Below, piece by piece: positions 38,125 through 53,100 of a DNA stretch of 55,886 bases. The notes beneath the pieces were generated by a model, which had not been told where the DNA came from, searched no databases, and was given only the letters and a program-made list of their open reading frames with translations. The number at the start of each line of letters is the position of its first letter. Position 1 is the stretch's first letter. Origin of the DNA: a virus (Duplodnaviria; Caudoviricetes). Made by a program: the position numbers and the translations under genes. The stretch spans positions 1 to 55,886 of the IMG/VR virus record IMGVR_UViG_3300011336_000523; one strand, 5' to 3'.

Positions 38125-41100
38125 TTACATTCTGTTTTAAATTCCTCTTTTTCTTTTAATTCTCTAAATATTTCTCTTTCTTCTTTAGTTAGATTTTGCA
38201 TAAAGTCTCTAACACTAGTTTTAAATTCAAAGATACTAGGATCTATTGACTTTTCTGTAACATTTTGAGTAGGATTATAAATTACTAATTTTTTTCTAGG
38301 TCTAGAGACAGCAGTATACATCATTCTATTTACTTGTTCTTTACCTCCTGGAAAAGTCATAATATCATTTTCTAAAACATAAACTGAATTATAAGTACTT
38401 CCTTGAACTTTATGAGAAGTTATAGCATAATTATATCCTATATCTACAATTTTTCCTTTTAATGTATAAAACTCAGACCAAGCAGCTTTATATTCATTAG
38501 TACCTTTAGAAAAAGATTTAGCTTTAACAGCCATTTTACTAAGTACATTTTTAAACAAATCTTTTTCTTCAGGACTTATTGTAGTTATTTTTTTAACACC
38601 AGTTTTTTTAACATTATTTTCATTTAAATATTCGTATTCAATAGTAAGATTATAAGTAGTAAAATTAACATCTGGAACTACAACAGGAGTAATTTCTTTA
38701 ACTTTACCTTTAAATCCATTAGGTAATTCTACCGTACCATTTATTACATACGGACTATTAACTCTAATAAAATCACCTACTACAAAAGGTTCAGTAGTAT
38801 TAAATAGTTTTTGTCTAACTAGACTATTAAAATTATCAACAACAGTATTTCTAGCTCCTATAATAATTGCTTGTTTAGGATTATTGTTATTTGTAATTTC
38901 AAAAACATAATCATCTACTAATTTTTTAGAATCTGTTTCATAAAGAACACCACCATCACTAGTAAAATTGTTTCTTCTTTCTTTTAAAGGATTATCTACA
39001 CTAGGTTTATTATTTTGGATATTTTCTACATTATTTGCATATATATCTGTAATAGGTAATATAGGACTTTCTGCACCTTGACGCATTCTTTCGTTTAGTT
39101 CAGCAAAATTTTTATTTTTATCAAGACTCCATATAGGAGAATCTTTACTTTGTCCAGATTCATTTATAGGAGGAATTTGAACATTATCCCCCATAAATAT
39201 AACTTTTGCACTTTTTAATTTTTTATTAAGTATTTTATTGTATAAAAAATCATTTATCATTGAAGCTTCATCAATAATAATATATTCTGCATTTTCAATA
39301 GGATCGCTTTTACCCATTCCTCTAAACTTAGCTTCTTCTTCTTGATTCCTTTCTCTAAAGAATATTTTACCAGTTTTACTATCATAGTCTGGTACTAACC
39401 CTAGCAGTCCTGCTACAGTAGTAGTTTTATATCCAGACATATTTTCTTGAAGAACTTGTCTAGCTTCATCTGAAACAGTTGCTCCTATTATACTTGTTTT
39501 AGGTAACTTTCCAAGAGCTTTTTTAATAATAGTTGTTTTACCTGTACCTCCTCTACCTTTTAATAAAAATTTATCATCATTACTATTTAAAAACTCTTCT
39601 ATTTTATCAATAGCTTCTTTTTGTCCTTCGTTAGCATATACTCCTGGAAATAACTCATATTTTTTATTTGGTATTTCTAACGTAGTAGATGTAGTAGAAG
39701 TATTTTTTTCTTTTATTTCAACATCTTTTGATACTAAAGAATCGTATTTACTTTGAATATTTTTAGGATTCATAAATTTAAACTCTCCACCTTTTTGTCT
39801 GTATTCAGCACTTATAGGTTTACCATTTTCTAAAGTAAACTTATACTCTGTTCCAAATTCAAAAAAAGATTTAGTTTCTATTGATTTTTCTGTACTTTCA
39901 CTACCTGTTTCTGTATTAATTAATCCTGTAACATCGGATTCATCTGCTGTTATTAATTTACCAGTATTAGTTTTAAATTCTATTTGATATACTGCAGGAG
40001 CAATAATTTTTTCTTCTTTAGTAATATCATTTATAGATATTGTTGGTCCTAAAACCATTTGTACTTTTCCAGTAACTATTGCATCAAAAGAATTTTTATA
40101 CTTATAGTATTTAATTTTTACTGTTCTTCCTTTATTTAATTTAGCTAATTTTTCAACATCTGTAATTACTTTTGTAGATGTTTCAGTTACAATATTAGAA
40201 ACACCTGATTCTGTAGATTTAAATGTATTAGCATATACATCTCTTATAGCTTGTTTACCTGCTTCTGTTGTATTAGAAGAAGTACCTATTCCTGCAAAGT
40301 TTTTAGTTAATGTAGGAGTATCTATAGATACAAAATCTTGTTTTGTACTATCCCATTTATACCAACCTTGAGAATAAACATTATTAGCAACTTGATTAAA
40401 TACATAAGTTGGTTTACCCATTGTAATACCTAATTGTACAGCTACACTAGTACCTCCATTTACTTGTGGTACTAAAGCTTTTTTTGTTGCTTGTCCTCTA
40501 GCTACTGTAATATCTGCACCTTTTGGTATAAGAGAACCAATAGCAAAAATACCATCTGCATTTTTAACTTGAGCATAGTTTCTAATTTTTTTTGTATTTC
40601 TTGTTGTATGATTAAGTTCTATTCTACCCATAGCTCTTTCAGCATTAGTTACTGCAATTTGAGCTTCTCCTGTTGCAGGTCCTTGTAAAGCTACAGGTCC
40701 TACGTCATTTGTAGCATCAACAGGTTTTACTCCTTTAGCTTGTAATCTAGGATCAGATACAGCACCATCTGATGGTAATAAATAATGTTTATTATTTACC
40801 ATACCAAATTCAGCACCTATTAAATCCCATTCAGCATCATAACCTTTAGCACCACCAGAATGATTAGTATATTCTGCTGGGTTATTTACAGTAGTAGTTA
40901 TTACATCAGAAACACCTGGTTCATTGTAATCAGCTATCTGCATAATAGCATCTACAGCTTCATCTAACAATGAACCTTTTTCTATATTTAAAGCTTTTTT
41001 AATTAATTCTAATAAGTCATTAATTATTTTTTTAATACTCATCCCTTCAGAAGCTAATCTTCTTTGTACTATTTCTGAAGTTAATGTTTCTGTTACAAAC

Positions 41101-44100
41101 TCTAATATACTATCAGCTGCATAATATATATTGTAATTATCTTTTATATCTTTAGGTAAACTACTTATTTTTTTTGCACGATATTTTTTAAATATTTCTA
41201 AATTAGTTTTTTCTTCTTCAGTAAAAGAATTTAAATATTTATCATAAACTTTTTTTAATTTTTCGTATTCAGGTGTTTTTTGAAATTCAGGATCTTTTAA
41301 TTTACTAGCAGTAACACCGTGTACTAATTCATGTAATACATGAGATAATAATAAATCTTTATTATTCTTATATTTTCTTTCTAATCTAGTTAAATCATAT
41401 TTTATAGTTTTTGTTAAACTATTATGTTCACCAAATGCTTTATCAAGAGCACCATATTCTATAGTATAATCATTTAATTTATCTTTTAAATATGTTGCTA
41501 ACGCAGTATAATACTCATTAGAATTAAGCAATACACCTTCTAATAATTCATTAACTGTAGTTATTGGTTTTCCTTGACTATCTTTAAATGTAGCTTCTAT
41601 TATATCTAAACTGCTTTGAGGAGTACTACTAGATTTTATAGGTTGAGTAACGGTAGAAACTTGTACAGGAACTTTATTATTAGGTATAATGCTCCTTTTA
41701 TTTTTTTCTTCAAACTTATATTCTACAATAGACGCACTTTCTAATCCTAATCTATCAATAATTTTATAATGTAATTTATTATTCTTAGTACTTTCTAATT
41801 GATACAAATCTGTTTCAGAAGTATTAAAATTATAAATCGCAACAAACCTTAAATAATTTTGAATATTGTTATTTAAATCTGTTTTAGATACAAATCTTTT
41901 AGCTATTTCAGAATCTGTATTAATAAATATTTCTGTTAATACGTTTGTATCAGTATTGGGTATAGCTACATATTTTTTTTCAACATCTTTATTAGAAGCA
42001 TTCTTTATTATACCTGTTATAGATTTAGCTAATTGAGGATTATGTTGAAAATACTGCTTTTCAAATTCTTTAAAATATGTTGGTGATGATAAATTAGTTT
42101 CTATACTTTTTAATATACTTGATAAATTTATAGCTTGATAATATTCAAAAGGTATATATTTAAAAAAGTTAGAAACACCAAATAAATTAGCATTAAAATA
42201 TAAAGAATATGCAGCTAAGTCTAATCCAAATTGTCTTAACTCTAAATCTTTTTGATTAGTTTTCATTAAATCTAACCAAGCATTTGTAATTTGATTTTCT
42301 AAAACTTCTGTTTTAACAAAACTATTACCCATAGTTAAAAGATTATCTTGGTTAATAGTAATTCTTCTTAACAAATTATTATTAGGATATTTTTCTTTTA
42401 ATTCTGTAAACCTATTTTTTAAATTTATCCATAAATCTGCTTTGTATGCATTTATATCTTTACCATCAGCTATTCGTTCTTGTATAAGTGGGTGAGAGTA
42501 CACATAACTAAATAATCCATTATAAATAGAATTAGTGTCATCATCAGTTAATGAATCTGTTTTACCTAATGTTTCTGCAATTAAACTTTCTATTGTTGAA
42601 TATGCAGTTTTACTATATTGATATATATTTGAATAAAGATTAACAGCAAACTTTGGTATTTTAATATATTCACCTACAACAGTATTTTTAAGTTTAGAAA
42701 CATTACCTATAGCATCTTCTATTAATTTAGATTGTTTTACAACTAGCTGTATTGTTTCAATATAATTTTTAGGTAATCCTTTAGAGTCTATAATCATAGC
42801 TCCCTGAACTGAATTAATACTTGTAGTTAATTCTTCATAATGTTTAAATGCTAATAAAATTGCTACTTGTTTTTCTTTTTGTTTATCACTTAATTCTTCA
42901 AAAGATTTATTTAACATAGATTTATATTCTTCTAATGTAAATCCATCTTTACGAAGGTCTAATAATTTTTTTGAATCTTTATTAACATACTTTAAAAGTA
43001 GTTCCATTGTTTTCTTTTCTTTTTTATCATAATCATATTCAGTATCGAACATAGATTTTAACTTATCTAGTTCTTTGTAATACTCTTTAAGAATAGGTTG
43101 ATTAATAAAATTTATTACCCAATTATGATTAAAACCAGTTTGAATAATTGTTAATCCTACTCCAAGGTTATAATTATTAATACCTCCTAATCCTAACAAT
43201 TTTTCTTTAGCATTATCCACAGAAGCTGCTAACCACTCAGATATTCTTTCTGATATTACTCCACCATCAAATCCAAAAATCTTATCTAATCTCCATGCAG
43301 AAGTAGATGTAGATTGATTTTCTGGATAAAGGTCGTTAGTGTATTCATTAATTCTATTTTCTTTAACATTTTCAGTATAATAATTACCTTTTTCATCTTT
43401 AAACATTACTCCTGTTCCTTTAATAAATAGATTAGCTTCTTGAGCCATTGCATGAAACGTATTAGCATTTGCTCCTACACCAACACCTGTTTTACCTGCT
43501 TTATTATCAAAAAATGTATCTCTTTGATAATTAGGGTCATAAAATCCTAACCATTCTTTATTAAGTGAGTTTCCATATTTAGAATTAAATTCTGTAATTG
43601 TATTTTGTAAAGAATCAAAACCTTGAGGAGTTACAACACTATTAAAAATATCCGCACTTAATAATACTTCTTGATATATATCAACTATTTTATTAACATC
43701 AGAATCACGTTTAACTAAAAATCTTTTTCTACTTTTTCTTAATTCTTTAATTAATTCTTCTCTATCAGCTATTTGTTTTTGTATTTTTTGATCTGCTACC
43801 ATATTTAATAAAAATATTTCATTTATTAAAGTATTTAAATCGTCAGATAATTCTATTGCTCTTTCTTCATTAGGTGGATTAATTTCATCATTTAATTCAT
43901 TATAAATATCTTGAACATTATTTTGAAGTTTAGCAATAATAGGTTTATTATAAGGATTGCTTAATGCTAATTTTTGACTTAAATTTTCTGATACTAAAGC
44001 TATTTCTTCTGCACTAGGTGGTTCTATTACAACACTTGCTTCATAATTGTACATAAACAATTTATCTACGTCATAGTCACTACCCATTTGAATAGCAAGT

Positions 44101-47100
44101 TCAGAAGGAACTATAATAGTATCTCCCATAGATTCAGGTAAAAACCCTGCTACTTCAAAAACCATCATTGATTTTCTACCTTCTGTTGGAATACGAAAAC
44201 CAATTGATGTTAGTAATTCTTTAGGTAGTTTTTCTAAATCTATGTACCCATCTTTAATAAAATCTGTTATTTTTAATTTTTTACCTTTATGTGTAAAGTA
44301 AAAAGGAACATATACTTGAGCTCTTTCAGAAAAATCTTTTCCTTTTCCTTTTTTAATGTAATTTAATTTACCTTTTTTATTTTCAGCAGAAGTATATATA
44401 ATACTATTTCTTTCTTCTTCAGTTAATGCTTCTTCACTTTTTATATTATTATTTTTACCAAAAGATTTATAAGTAAGAACTTCAGAAACCTGTACATAAG
44501 ATTTACCACTTATTTTAGTACGCATTACAGAATTAGTAATAAGTGCTTGTAATACTGGTTGTATTTTACCTATGTTAGGGTTAAATATTAATGGAAATAA
44601 GAAATTACCTTTTCCATCAGTTTTTAACATTTTTTTAGCGTTTTCAGTAAAATCTCTTCTTTCAGATTCATTTTCTAAAACTTGTGCTAATTTTTCTACA
44701 TTTTTAATTACATAATTACCTTCAGCATCAGGAAACATATCAGTTTTTTCTAATAATTCTGATATTAATTTAGCTTTAGATTTTTCAACTAATCTTTTTT
44801 GAGCTTCTATGTAATCTTGTTTAACTTCTGCTACTGTTCTACCACTAGATAGTACGGTGTTATTAGCTAAATTAACAAATAACAACTTCATAGCTTGTGT
44901 TACTTGACGAATAGTATTTTTACTTTCATCATAAGGAATGTTTAATTGAATGTGATAACCACTTCTTTCTAAAGTTATAGGAGATAAAAATGCTTCATCA
45001 TTAACATTACCATTATTATCAAACAAAGTAGTTACTTGTTTATTACCTATTTTAACAGCAGATGGAAAAGTTAATCTATCTATATTTTGAGCTATCATAT
45101 TTTCCCTTACTTTTTTCATTGGACCATCTTTAATTACAGCTGGTACTAAAGGAACAGATGATGTTTTAATATAAAACTCTTCTATTATTCCATTTTCAAG
45201 ATTAGAAAAAACTTGAACTGGTTTTCTAGGTTGTAATAATGCTTTAGAATCTAAATTTTTTATTTGTTCTTCTGTTAAATTTTCAAAAGGTAATACTCCT
45301 TCATCAGTTTCATTTTCTTTACCAAAATACAAATACAAATCAGAATTAGGATCATTATATAACATTTGATAATGTTCTGGGTCATATAACATCATACCTC
45401 TTAAAACATCTGATGTACTAATTTCTCCATGTGCATATCTATCATTTAAATGTTCCCATACTGTTGTAAATTCTTGAGCATCAGTTAATTTTTCATTTTT
45501 TAAATCTTTGTAAAACTTTTGAATTTCTTTTTCATATTGTTCAATATTAGAAGCATCTACATTCATGTCATTGACTATAGCAACTTTATAAGTAGATTTT
45601 TTCCAAAATCCTCTTCTACCTTGAGCTAATAATCTAGCATTTCTTTTACTTAAATTATCAAATGTTGATAAAATTCCTTGAAGTATTTGATCTTTAGTTA
45701 AAAGTTTATCTGTAGATGGTATTTTAGATTGTTGTGCAGGGTCACCTAGTATTAAATTTGTTTCAATTAATACTGTCATATTTTTGTATACAAAATCTAT
45801 TACTGCGTGTTTAGTACGAGCATCTAAATCAGTACCATATTTTTTAATTAAATTTTCTTTATACGCTTCATCCATAATGTTTGTATAATAAGTACCATCT
45901 TTCTTTTTACTTATAATACCAAAATCTTCCCAAGAATTTAATGTTTTTAAAACTATAGAGTTAAATCTTTGAAGTATTTTTTTCTGAATTAAATTTTTAA
46001 CATCATCATTTAAAGTTAATGTAGATTTTAATCTGTAAAGATTATTCTTTTTGTCGTACAATGCTTTTAAAATTTTAACAGAATCTTCATCAGTATTTTC
46101 TGCTAATATTTCTGCATTTAAAAACTCATAATAATAAAAGTATTCTCCTGCACCTTTTTTAGTTTCAGTAGAATCTGCATTTTTTAATTTTAATTTTTCT
46201 GATATTTTTTGTCTAATTTGATATTGTTGAATTTTAGCTACTTCCATATTGAAGTAGTTATAAAGATTCTTCTTTATAACATTAGACATTCCCCATTTCT
46301 TTTCAGTTTCATTATACAATAAAATGTTTTCTAAATTAGGAGTAATGTTCTCAAACATTAAATTGGTAGATTTATCTGATAAAGTTTCAGCTTTTATAAG
46401 TCCTATATTCTCACCATTTTTATTTATTATTTGAGAATTTAACATTCTCATTATTTCAAATTCTATAGGATTAGAATCTTTAAAAAACTTAGGAGCTTCA
46501 TTTTTAAATCTAAACCCTCTATCTACAATTACTTTAATATTTTGCAGCTGAGCTCTTAAATTTTTATATACTAAAGTATTTTTTAAATCAGACCATTTTG
46601 ATTTAAACCAATTTAATTTTTCAGTTATAGGTTTAGAATTAGTAAATGAACTATATTGTACACCTGATACTCTATAAGTACCTGCTATAGCTCTAGAACT
46701 TGTTAAAAGAATTGCTTTAGAAATATTTTGAAATATAGTACCTTCATTTATAAAAAGGTCTTGCAAGGTACTAGATGTCAAAAATCCTTTTTTAAGTAAT
46801 AAATCTAAAAATACTTCTTTAAGAAATTTATTGTCATTTCTAGTAGCTGATGTAAATCCTTCTCTTTTTTGTAAATATTGAGTAAGACCTATTTTATTTA
46901 TATTCATACCAAGAGCATTAAAAATACTTTGTAGCTCTGATAATCCTTCATTAGTAATTATATTTTTTTCAAAATAAGAAGTATTAGCTAAAAGATTTTC
47001 AACACTTTTAATTATACTTTGAATATAAGATTTATTAATAACATTATTTTCTTGATTATTAATTAATTGTCTAGTAGATAATCTAGGATTGTTGTACATT

Positions 47101-50100
47101 TTTTGTACAAATTCACCTTTTATTAAATTAGCTCCTGTAGAATTATCTGATTCATTTTTAAAAACTCTATATTTTTGTTTAGCTAATGTAGCTACTACTG
47201 TAATAGGATTTTCTTTTTCAGCAGAAAAAACTTGATAAAATTGTCTTCTTAATTGTTTATTAGGACTGTTATTTAAAATACTAGCAACTTTATTTAAATA
47301 AGGACTTTTTGATTCAGCTAACTTGTCTACCATTAATTTATAAGAAGCTGCTGTGTTAGTGTATACTGAAGTTGTTAATTCTTCTACAATTTGAGTAAAT
47401 ACAAAGTCTATAGGAACATAAACATCCATTCCTATACTATTTGTTTTTACAGTACCATTATTATTATAATCAGGAATAAATGATAACATTCTTCTAATTT
47501 CATCATACATAGAATCTAATCTATTTTCTTTAGAAGATGCTTCATCTACATATTGTTCTGCACTATCTTCTGTATCAGCAAAAGATTCAAATATTCCTTC
47601 TTTATTTTTTGAAAAATTTAAATTAGTTAAAACTGCTACTGCTCTATTACTATACTCATCAAACTTTTCTAATACATTTAAAATATTATTTTTTAAAAAA
47701 TTAGCTTTTTCTTGCTGTGTAGGATTTAATCCTGTAGCAGATTTTAATCTTTCTACTGCTTTTATTAAATTATTTTCTACATCTTTTATATTACCTGATA
47801 GTAGTTTATATGCTAATGAATCTATAATTGCAGCTTCTTCTTCTAATGCTAACTCGGGGTTTATTAAAATTGTAGAAGAAGATTCTATATCAATAGATTG
47901 TTCTGCACTACCTTCTTCATCTATATCAAAATTAATTCCTAAATCTTTTAAATCTTCTTTTAAACTTTCTAAATTTTGGTTTTCAATAATTTCTTTTACT
48001 TCTTCAGCAGTAGCTATTTTACCTGTTGCAGAACTTTCTTTTTTAACAGCTTCTTGATTAACTACTTCAAAATAAAACGTAGGTTGAAACGCATATAATC
48101 TACCATAAGCTTTAGTTTCTTTTGTAGCTATGTTAGTTTTTAAAAGTTGTCCTTTTACAATTAATTCTTGATAAGTAAATTCAGAATTAGGTAAAGTAGA
48201 TTCGTTTCTAAGTTCTTTATTATTTAGATTAAAAGATAAGTTATTAATAAGGTCTTCAACTTTTTCTAATAAAGTTTCATTAGTATCTGTACTATCTATT
48301 TTAATTACTTTACCTGCATGAATTATTTGAGGTTCACCATTTTTAACAGATAGATTTACAATATGTTTACCAGTAGTTTTACCATCCTTTGTTAAATAAA
48401 CAAACTTATCAACCCAACTATCATCAGATATTTTTCCTTGAGTTAAAAATTGTAGTAGTTCATTAGAAATGTTATCTCTAATTTCTTTAATTACTTCTTT
48501 ATTTTCTTTTTCTTCTATTTTAAAATTACCAAATGTAACACCTATTGGTATTGAAATTGTAGATACTTCATTTTTATGAGTAGCTTGAGGTGCTAATAAA
48601 TACACACGACCATTAACACCTGCATTTTTTTCATTAGGTAATACTTCTAATTGACCTTTAAATTCTCCATTTACACCTTGATATTTACCATTTATATAAG
48701 TATAAATATTTTCTAACATATCCGCTTCAATAGGAAAATAATCTTTATTAAACTCTATTTTAGCTCTACTTACATTTTTTATTTTAACTGTTAAAGGTTT
48801 AGCTCCTAGTGCTGCAAAATGATTTCTTATATCTCTAATTTTTTGCTTTTCAACTTCTAAATCAGCACTTGGTGCTATATTATTTATATTAATGTAATTT
48901 ATTTTATGAACAAACCCTCTATCTTCTAATACTCCAGTAATTTTATTTTTAGACTGTAGTTTTAAATCCATAGAATCTAAATACTCATCTGTACCAGGAA
49001 TACCTACAGGAGTATTAGCTAAAACTACTTCTAACTCATCTTCAACTTTTATATCATTACTATGTAGTATATCATATTCATCATTATTTATAAATTGAAC
49101 TTTACCATCTTTATATAATGTTTGTCTATTATTTACTGGTGATGTTTCAACCATTTTATAAGAAACAGCAAATCCTGAAATTAATTGATCAGTAATAGCT
49201 TCTACTACTTTTTCATTTTCTTCTTCTATATCAGTAATAGATCTAACTGTACTTAATATACTTCTATTAAAATCTTCTGCTGAAATAGTTTGAAAATTAA
49301 ATGTGGAATTATAAATTTTAATAACTTGATAAGCTAACGAAGCACTATATGGGTCTGATGAATTAAAGTTTTTTATATTATCTTGAAAATATTTAACAGT
49401 TAAAGGTTTTCTTTCACTAGATGATTTTTTTAAAGATTTATTTACATCTTTTAAAACAGCTGTATAAAGTCTTGCAACATCTTCTGAAACTCTAAAAGAA
49501 TATTTATTAAATAAAGCACTAACTTTTGATTCTATTTGTTGAGGAGTATCATTATCAAAATCAAGAGTATTTTCAACATCATTTGAAAAATTCTTTTTAG
49601 TTTCTTCAGGTAAATCGTCAAATTCTCTAAACAATTCTTCAAATTGATCACCTACTGTTTCTTCTTTATTTTCTTCTGTTGTAGATTTAACAACAGGTGC
49701 TTCGGCAACAGGTATTGTTTCTAAAGCATCTAGTTCTGCAGTAGGTTCAACAATAGGTTCTATCAGTTTTACATCTACAACTTGTGAGACAGGTACTTTT
49801 GCAGTATCTCCACTTTTTTCTTCATCGACTTTCCTAACAGTTGATTTTGAAGTTTTAGAGGTAGATTTTCTTGAAGTTTTTGTAAGTTCATTTTTTTCTA
49901 TTTTAGCTTTAACTGTAACTTTTTTACTAGGATTAATTTTAAGATTTTTATTATTTTTAATTTTTTGTTTTATAATAGCTTCAATTTCTTTTAGTTCTTT
50001 ATACTGAATACCTTTAACAGTAGTTTTAATATATTCATTAATTTCATTAGTTTCAAATCCTATTTTTTTTAAAGATTTTTTTTCTAATTTTAACTCTTCA

Positions 50101-53100
50101 GATAAAATATTTAATGTTTCTTGAATTTCTGTTAAATCTTCTAAAAGAACTTCATCAGTAAATTCTATATCTTCTTTTGAATCTATAATTTCTTGAGTTT
50201 TACTAGAATCAGTTACAACAGGATTTTGTTTTAACACTTCTGTAGAAAGAATCGCAAAAGCTATTTCATCTACAATTCTATCTTGTGTAAAAGTAACTGG
50301 TTCATTTTTTTCATTTCTTAAAGTTACTGATACAATAGTTCCTTGGTTATTTCTATTTATAGCTGTTAATGGAGCAAATAAAGTTGTATATTTTTTTCCT
50401 CTAATTAAAAATTCTCTACCATCAGCAGAAACTTCTTCTACAGAATTATTTTTAAAAGATTCTTCTATTTCTTTTTGTTTTAAAATATATCTTTTTTCTT
50501 TAGTAGATTCAGATACTTCTTCTAATACAATTATATTTTTATTCTTTTTTAAATCTCTTGCTAATACTTCTTCTTCAACAGCTTCAATTTTATTAGCATT
50601 TGCTATAATAATTTCATTAATTTCATCTATATCTTCTTGAGATAAACTAGATATACCTTTTAAATTATCATATTTTGCTTGACTTAAAGCTCTTAATGAA
50701 TCTTTGTAATTTTGATTTAGCTCATTGTAAACAGAATAAAGTTCTTCATCTGTTTTTATTTTAAGACCTTTTTTAAATTTTTCTACTGATTTTTTTATGT
50801 AATCTACATTAGAAGGTTGAGATTCTTTTTCTTTTTCATAAGCTTTAATAGATTCTTCATAATCAGGATTTAAATTTTTTTCTACAAATTCATCTTGAGT
50901 TTGTTTAGCTTTTTGAATACTTTCCATCCAAGGAGATAACTCAGAAAGTTTATTATCTATTTCTTTTAATTTTTTAAGTAAAGCTTTTTTATTTCTTTTA
51001 TTAGACCCAGGTATAGTATTAAGTATTTGTTCTTTTTCTTGATTTAAACTATTGTATGTTTTTTCTAAGACTGTCGATTGTTGTTCTTTTGATACTTCTG
51101 TATCAACAATTGTTGTATCACCTTGTTGCTTATCTCCTCTGTCAATACCTTTGTCGCTAGTTTCAGTTGCAGGTTTTTGTTTGCTAAATATTCCATTTAT
51201 AACATCTTTTTCTTTTGTAGGAGTAATAGGTTTAGGAGCATTTGATTTTTTAACTATAACAGGATTTTGAAAATCTATAACAGCTTGTTTTTTTAATCCT
51301 GCATAATATTCTTTTTCAGTTTTTAATTGCTCTAACCTATCTTTAGCTACAGGATTATCTCCTGCAGAATTAAAAATACGAGCTTCTTCTTTTTGTATTT
51401 CTTTATCTACTAAATTTTCTTTTTTATCAGCAAATTCAAATAATGATTGAGCTTTAAATTTATTATTTAATTCAGCTAATTCTATATTAGGATAAGTTTC
51501 TGCAACTGTATCGTAAGTTTTTTTAAACTCTTTTACTTTTTGTATTCTTTCTCTTAATACTTGTTGAGGATTTATTTCTCTACCATCTACAACTTTGTTA
51601 GCTCTTATATTAGCTAAGTTTTTAAGATTTTCATCAGATTCTTTAGTAAGTAATTCTAATTCTTCAAGTCTTTCTTCGTAAGTACCTGATTCTGAAGCAG
51701 CTTGAACAAAGTTAGTTAATTGTTCATGGTCTAAAACTCTATATGCATCTTTTAATACAGCTACTTTAGCAGGGTCTTGTTCTACTTCAATAGCATCTAA
51801 AACTTTATTTTTTTGTTGTTCAAGGTCATAAAAATTATTAAACTTAGTTTGAGCTTTGTTTAATTTATCAGTATATTCAATAGGTAAATGTTTATTCATT
51901 AAATCTACTACCTGTTCAGTAAATTTATTTCTTTTAGTACTTTCTGATTCTCCAACTACAGTACCAACTCCACCCATTACACCACCGACTAATCCACCTG
52001 CTACCATTGAAGCATAAAATTGTGGGTCTGATAATGATTGTAAAGCTGCATCTGCAAATGCTTCACCATAATTAACATTACCTTCTTCACCTGCTTTAGA
52101 AGCTACAAATTGAAATCCTTCTTCAAGTGCTTCTGTACCTGTTTGAAATCCTAATTGTCCTAAGTTAGTTAAAGCTGCTGATTTACCAGTTAACTTATCT
52201 TGAACAAATTTTCCTTCTACATTTTTTATAGCATTTAATGTAGCTCTTTTATTACTAAAATTATCTAGAAATTTAGTGTACTGATAATACTCTGGAATAG
52301 CTAAAAGCATATTAACACCAAATACTGAGTTTCTAATTTGTTTAGCTTCAGCTTCAGTTAGTTCACCGTTTTGTATTTTTTCTTGTAAACTATCATATAC
52401 TTGATTAGCTTCTAATGCAGATTCATAAATTCTACCTGAAGTAGCTGCAGTCATATTAGGTAGTTTTTGTGCTAACTTACCTAATGTTGTTCCAAACAAT
52501 TCAGGATTTTCTATACCTGCTTGAGCAGCTAATTCTACTACTTTGCTATTTTGACCTAATTTAGCATATCTTAATCCTTTACCTAAAGCATTAGTAAGAC
52601 CTCTGACTCCTGCACCTACTAATGCACCTGAACCCCAACCACCTGCTATAAACCCTAATCCATTAAATAAACTATCTAAAAAGAAATCATCTGAAAGTAC
52701 TTGGTCAGTAAAACTACCTTGTTGTTCAGCTCTAGTTTTATATAAAGGAAATGCTTCTTTAGATGCTTCATCTATTTCTTGAAGAATTTTAAAAGTGTCG
52801 TTTTCAAAAAAATCTTTACCTGATATAAAACTTGTTATACCATCAACTAATCCAACTGTACCACCTACTGCAGAAGTACCTGCTGTTGTTAAACCTTGTA
52901 CTGCTGCATTACCTACTTTATCTACAAAACTTTGATTAATAGCTCTATTTTCTGCTTGATCTGTTTCTCTTGTAACAAAGGCATCATTTTTACCAAACTC
53001 ATCAAATTTAGTACTATAAGCATATAAATAAGATAAATCTGGTTGAATATTTCTATTTGCTAAAGCTTTTCTTTTTAAAAAAGAAACATCTCCAAAAGGT

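Noticed and set aside
8646-51270. Short antisense ORFs (8646-8834, 14189-14452, 23642-23881, 35854-36093, 36454-36699, 36582-36791, 37481-37738, 40491-40688, 51052-51270)
   Set aside because: Shadow frames opposite well-supported genes, against local gene orientation, with no motifs.
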